Source of the DNA: Takakia lepidozioides
Taxonomy: Eukaryota > Plantae > Bryophyta
Assembly: GCA_030704615.1 (NCBI GenBank)
Contig: CM060731.1
Span: 2,542,001-2,606,000, forward strand
Direction of reading: 5' to 3'
DNA: 64,000 bases
The notes under the pieces were generated by a model that worked only from the letters and a program-made list of their open reading frames with translations, was not told the DNA's origin and did not search any database. Made by a program: the position numbers and the translations under genes. This document shows, piece by piece, positions 62,440 through 64,000 of this stretch. Each line of letters begins with the position of its first letter. Position 1 is the stretch's first letter.

Positions 62440-64000
62440 CACCTCTCGCCTCGGCCCTTGTAACAGAGAACATCAAGCAGAGTTGGGATGCATGCTGGCG
62501 GGAAGTGAACAGGGAGTTCGAGGCCAAGCTGTCCAAAAAGGCCTCGACAAAAGCGTTTATGGGAAAGATATTTTTTGTTTTGGACGGGAACCATAGACTG
62601 CTTGCCTGGATGGATTACATTTCAAGCTTGCACTCAGACGAGATCGAATGGCATTGGAGCGTGGTTTCCATGGTACTCGATCAAAGGATGTGTCACGCAA
62701 CTTTTGACAGCCATGCACGACATAAATAAGTAAGTTATCAACCTTGTTCCCACCCGATCTGCGCTTTTACACTTGGAAATTGTCTTATAAGTTGAAGGTT
62801 TTTTTCAAGTCGAATGAAACCTCCCATGTGACGACCAATCTCTGCCACACTCTATTCCGTATCCAGAAGATAGGGTTGATGCCACTGGAGTCATTCACGA
62901 ACATGCTCAGGCCTCAGCAGATGAAGAGGTGTGCTGAAAAGAAGACAAGCACATGGTACAGCCTAACAAGGGAGGCTTTTCTTGACTACATGTACACGGT
63001 AAGCTTCTTGACATCTATTTGTTTGTTGTCAGGGTGAATTTTTCCAAGAAACGCCTATGTTTGATTTTTTACATTGGTAATGTATGCAGCAAGAAATAGC
63101 AGAGACTGGCTTGAAGGCGAAAGCAGAATACTATGCATCCCACACAGAAGAGCAGAGGTCTGCAACTGGGCTTGAGGACATTATGAGATTTGAGATGAAC
63201 AATCAAAGGAAGAACAAATTCGCATAGCAGATCCAAGTCTAGGCACGGAATTTCTGGAGCAGGTGAAAGCACACTATGACAAGTATGGCTCCAAGCCAGA
63301 AATGACCCGAGAGAAATTGCATCGCCTTTCCATATCAATGGTGGACAATGCAACCAAAATCAGGTGGTTGGAGATCTGGAATTCGGATCCACTTGTGAGA
63401 GACACCAACATGTTCCCAACTCCTGAGAGGGACTCGAAAACACAAGCAATAAAAGTTGTGAGCGATCACACATTCGACCAGTGGCTGCACAAAGCAACCT
63501 TCTGGATCCAGGTAAGGCATTTGCAAAACCATTTTGAAATGATTGTGCACATTCGTGCTCTCTCCCAAATTCTTATGATCTTGCTTGCTGCAGTTGGAAA
63601 AACGAGCGGTGGCTGCACTTGGGGAGTCAATGGAAGACTACAAAATCCAGATGGCTCAACCCCGGATCACACTGGAGGCCTATATCAGGAGATGGAAGCT
63701 CGCTGTCTGGAACATCTACTTCTTCAGGGAGTTTGAGAGAAACAAAAGAATCTCCAGATCCCACGAATTCAAAAACCAGTACAACAGCGAGCAAGCAATG
63801 AAACGAGTGTTGTACATGTTTGACCTCCCAGAAACTGGTGTGTTGCTAGAGGTGTGTGTTTCAATATTCTTGTGTCATGTTTTCTATGGAGAATTTTGAA
63901 TTTGCAGGTCTCGAGGGAGTTCTGAGGGCTCTGGAAGTAAAGCCGCGCAACATTGCATCAACGCAAGCTTGTATCGCGGTTGCAATGCCCAGGTCTTGAT
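62440..64000 (+). pseudogene. Paralogue of the ParB-like multi-exon gene (5'-truncated, runs off the window)
   Basis: FFVLDGNHRLLAW; TWYSLT; EKLHRLS...RWLEIWN; TLEAYIRRW. Donors at ~62730, 62999 and 63512 match intron positions of the 43-48 kb gene. Confidence 0.78.

Overview
Eukaryotic, almost entirely transposon-derived DNA with spliceosomal introns. It is plant-like; the element types suggest a bryophyte or other non-seed streptophyte (inference). No intact host gene and no RNA gene was found. Contents, left to right: (1) a decayed Ty3/Gypsy whose Pol carries a complete cytosine-5 DNA methyltransferase between protease and the pre-RT region (1-3780); (2) a LINE fragment; (3) a CACTA transposase gene split by a 6.7-kb Mutator-like element (10927-17665, 8-bp TSD CCTGAAAA) that is filled with 22-bp palindromes at 53-bp period and forms a ~1.4-kb hairpin; (4) host-gene fragments (eL27, MRC/PII1-like); (5) nested chromovirus pieces; (6) four partial copies of an Athila/Tat-like Gypsy family with extra 5' and 3' ORFs; (7) a Gypsy with a dUTPase-like domain; (8) a second element with the same TIR (ending at 51600). 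That second element carries a multi-exon gene fusing a ParB/Srx-like domain to a beta-class N4C/N6A DNA methyltransferase-like domain, flanked by helically phased palindrome arrays, plus a head-to-head pair of intact paralogous ORFs of unknown function. A paralogue of the ParB-like gene starts at ~62.4 kb. The best candidate for an undescribed system is this ParB-MTase + phased-palindrome transposon module; the DNMT-carrying retrotransposon is second. All domain calls come from motif recognition by eye, not from database searches.
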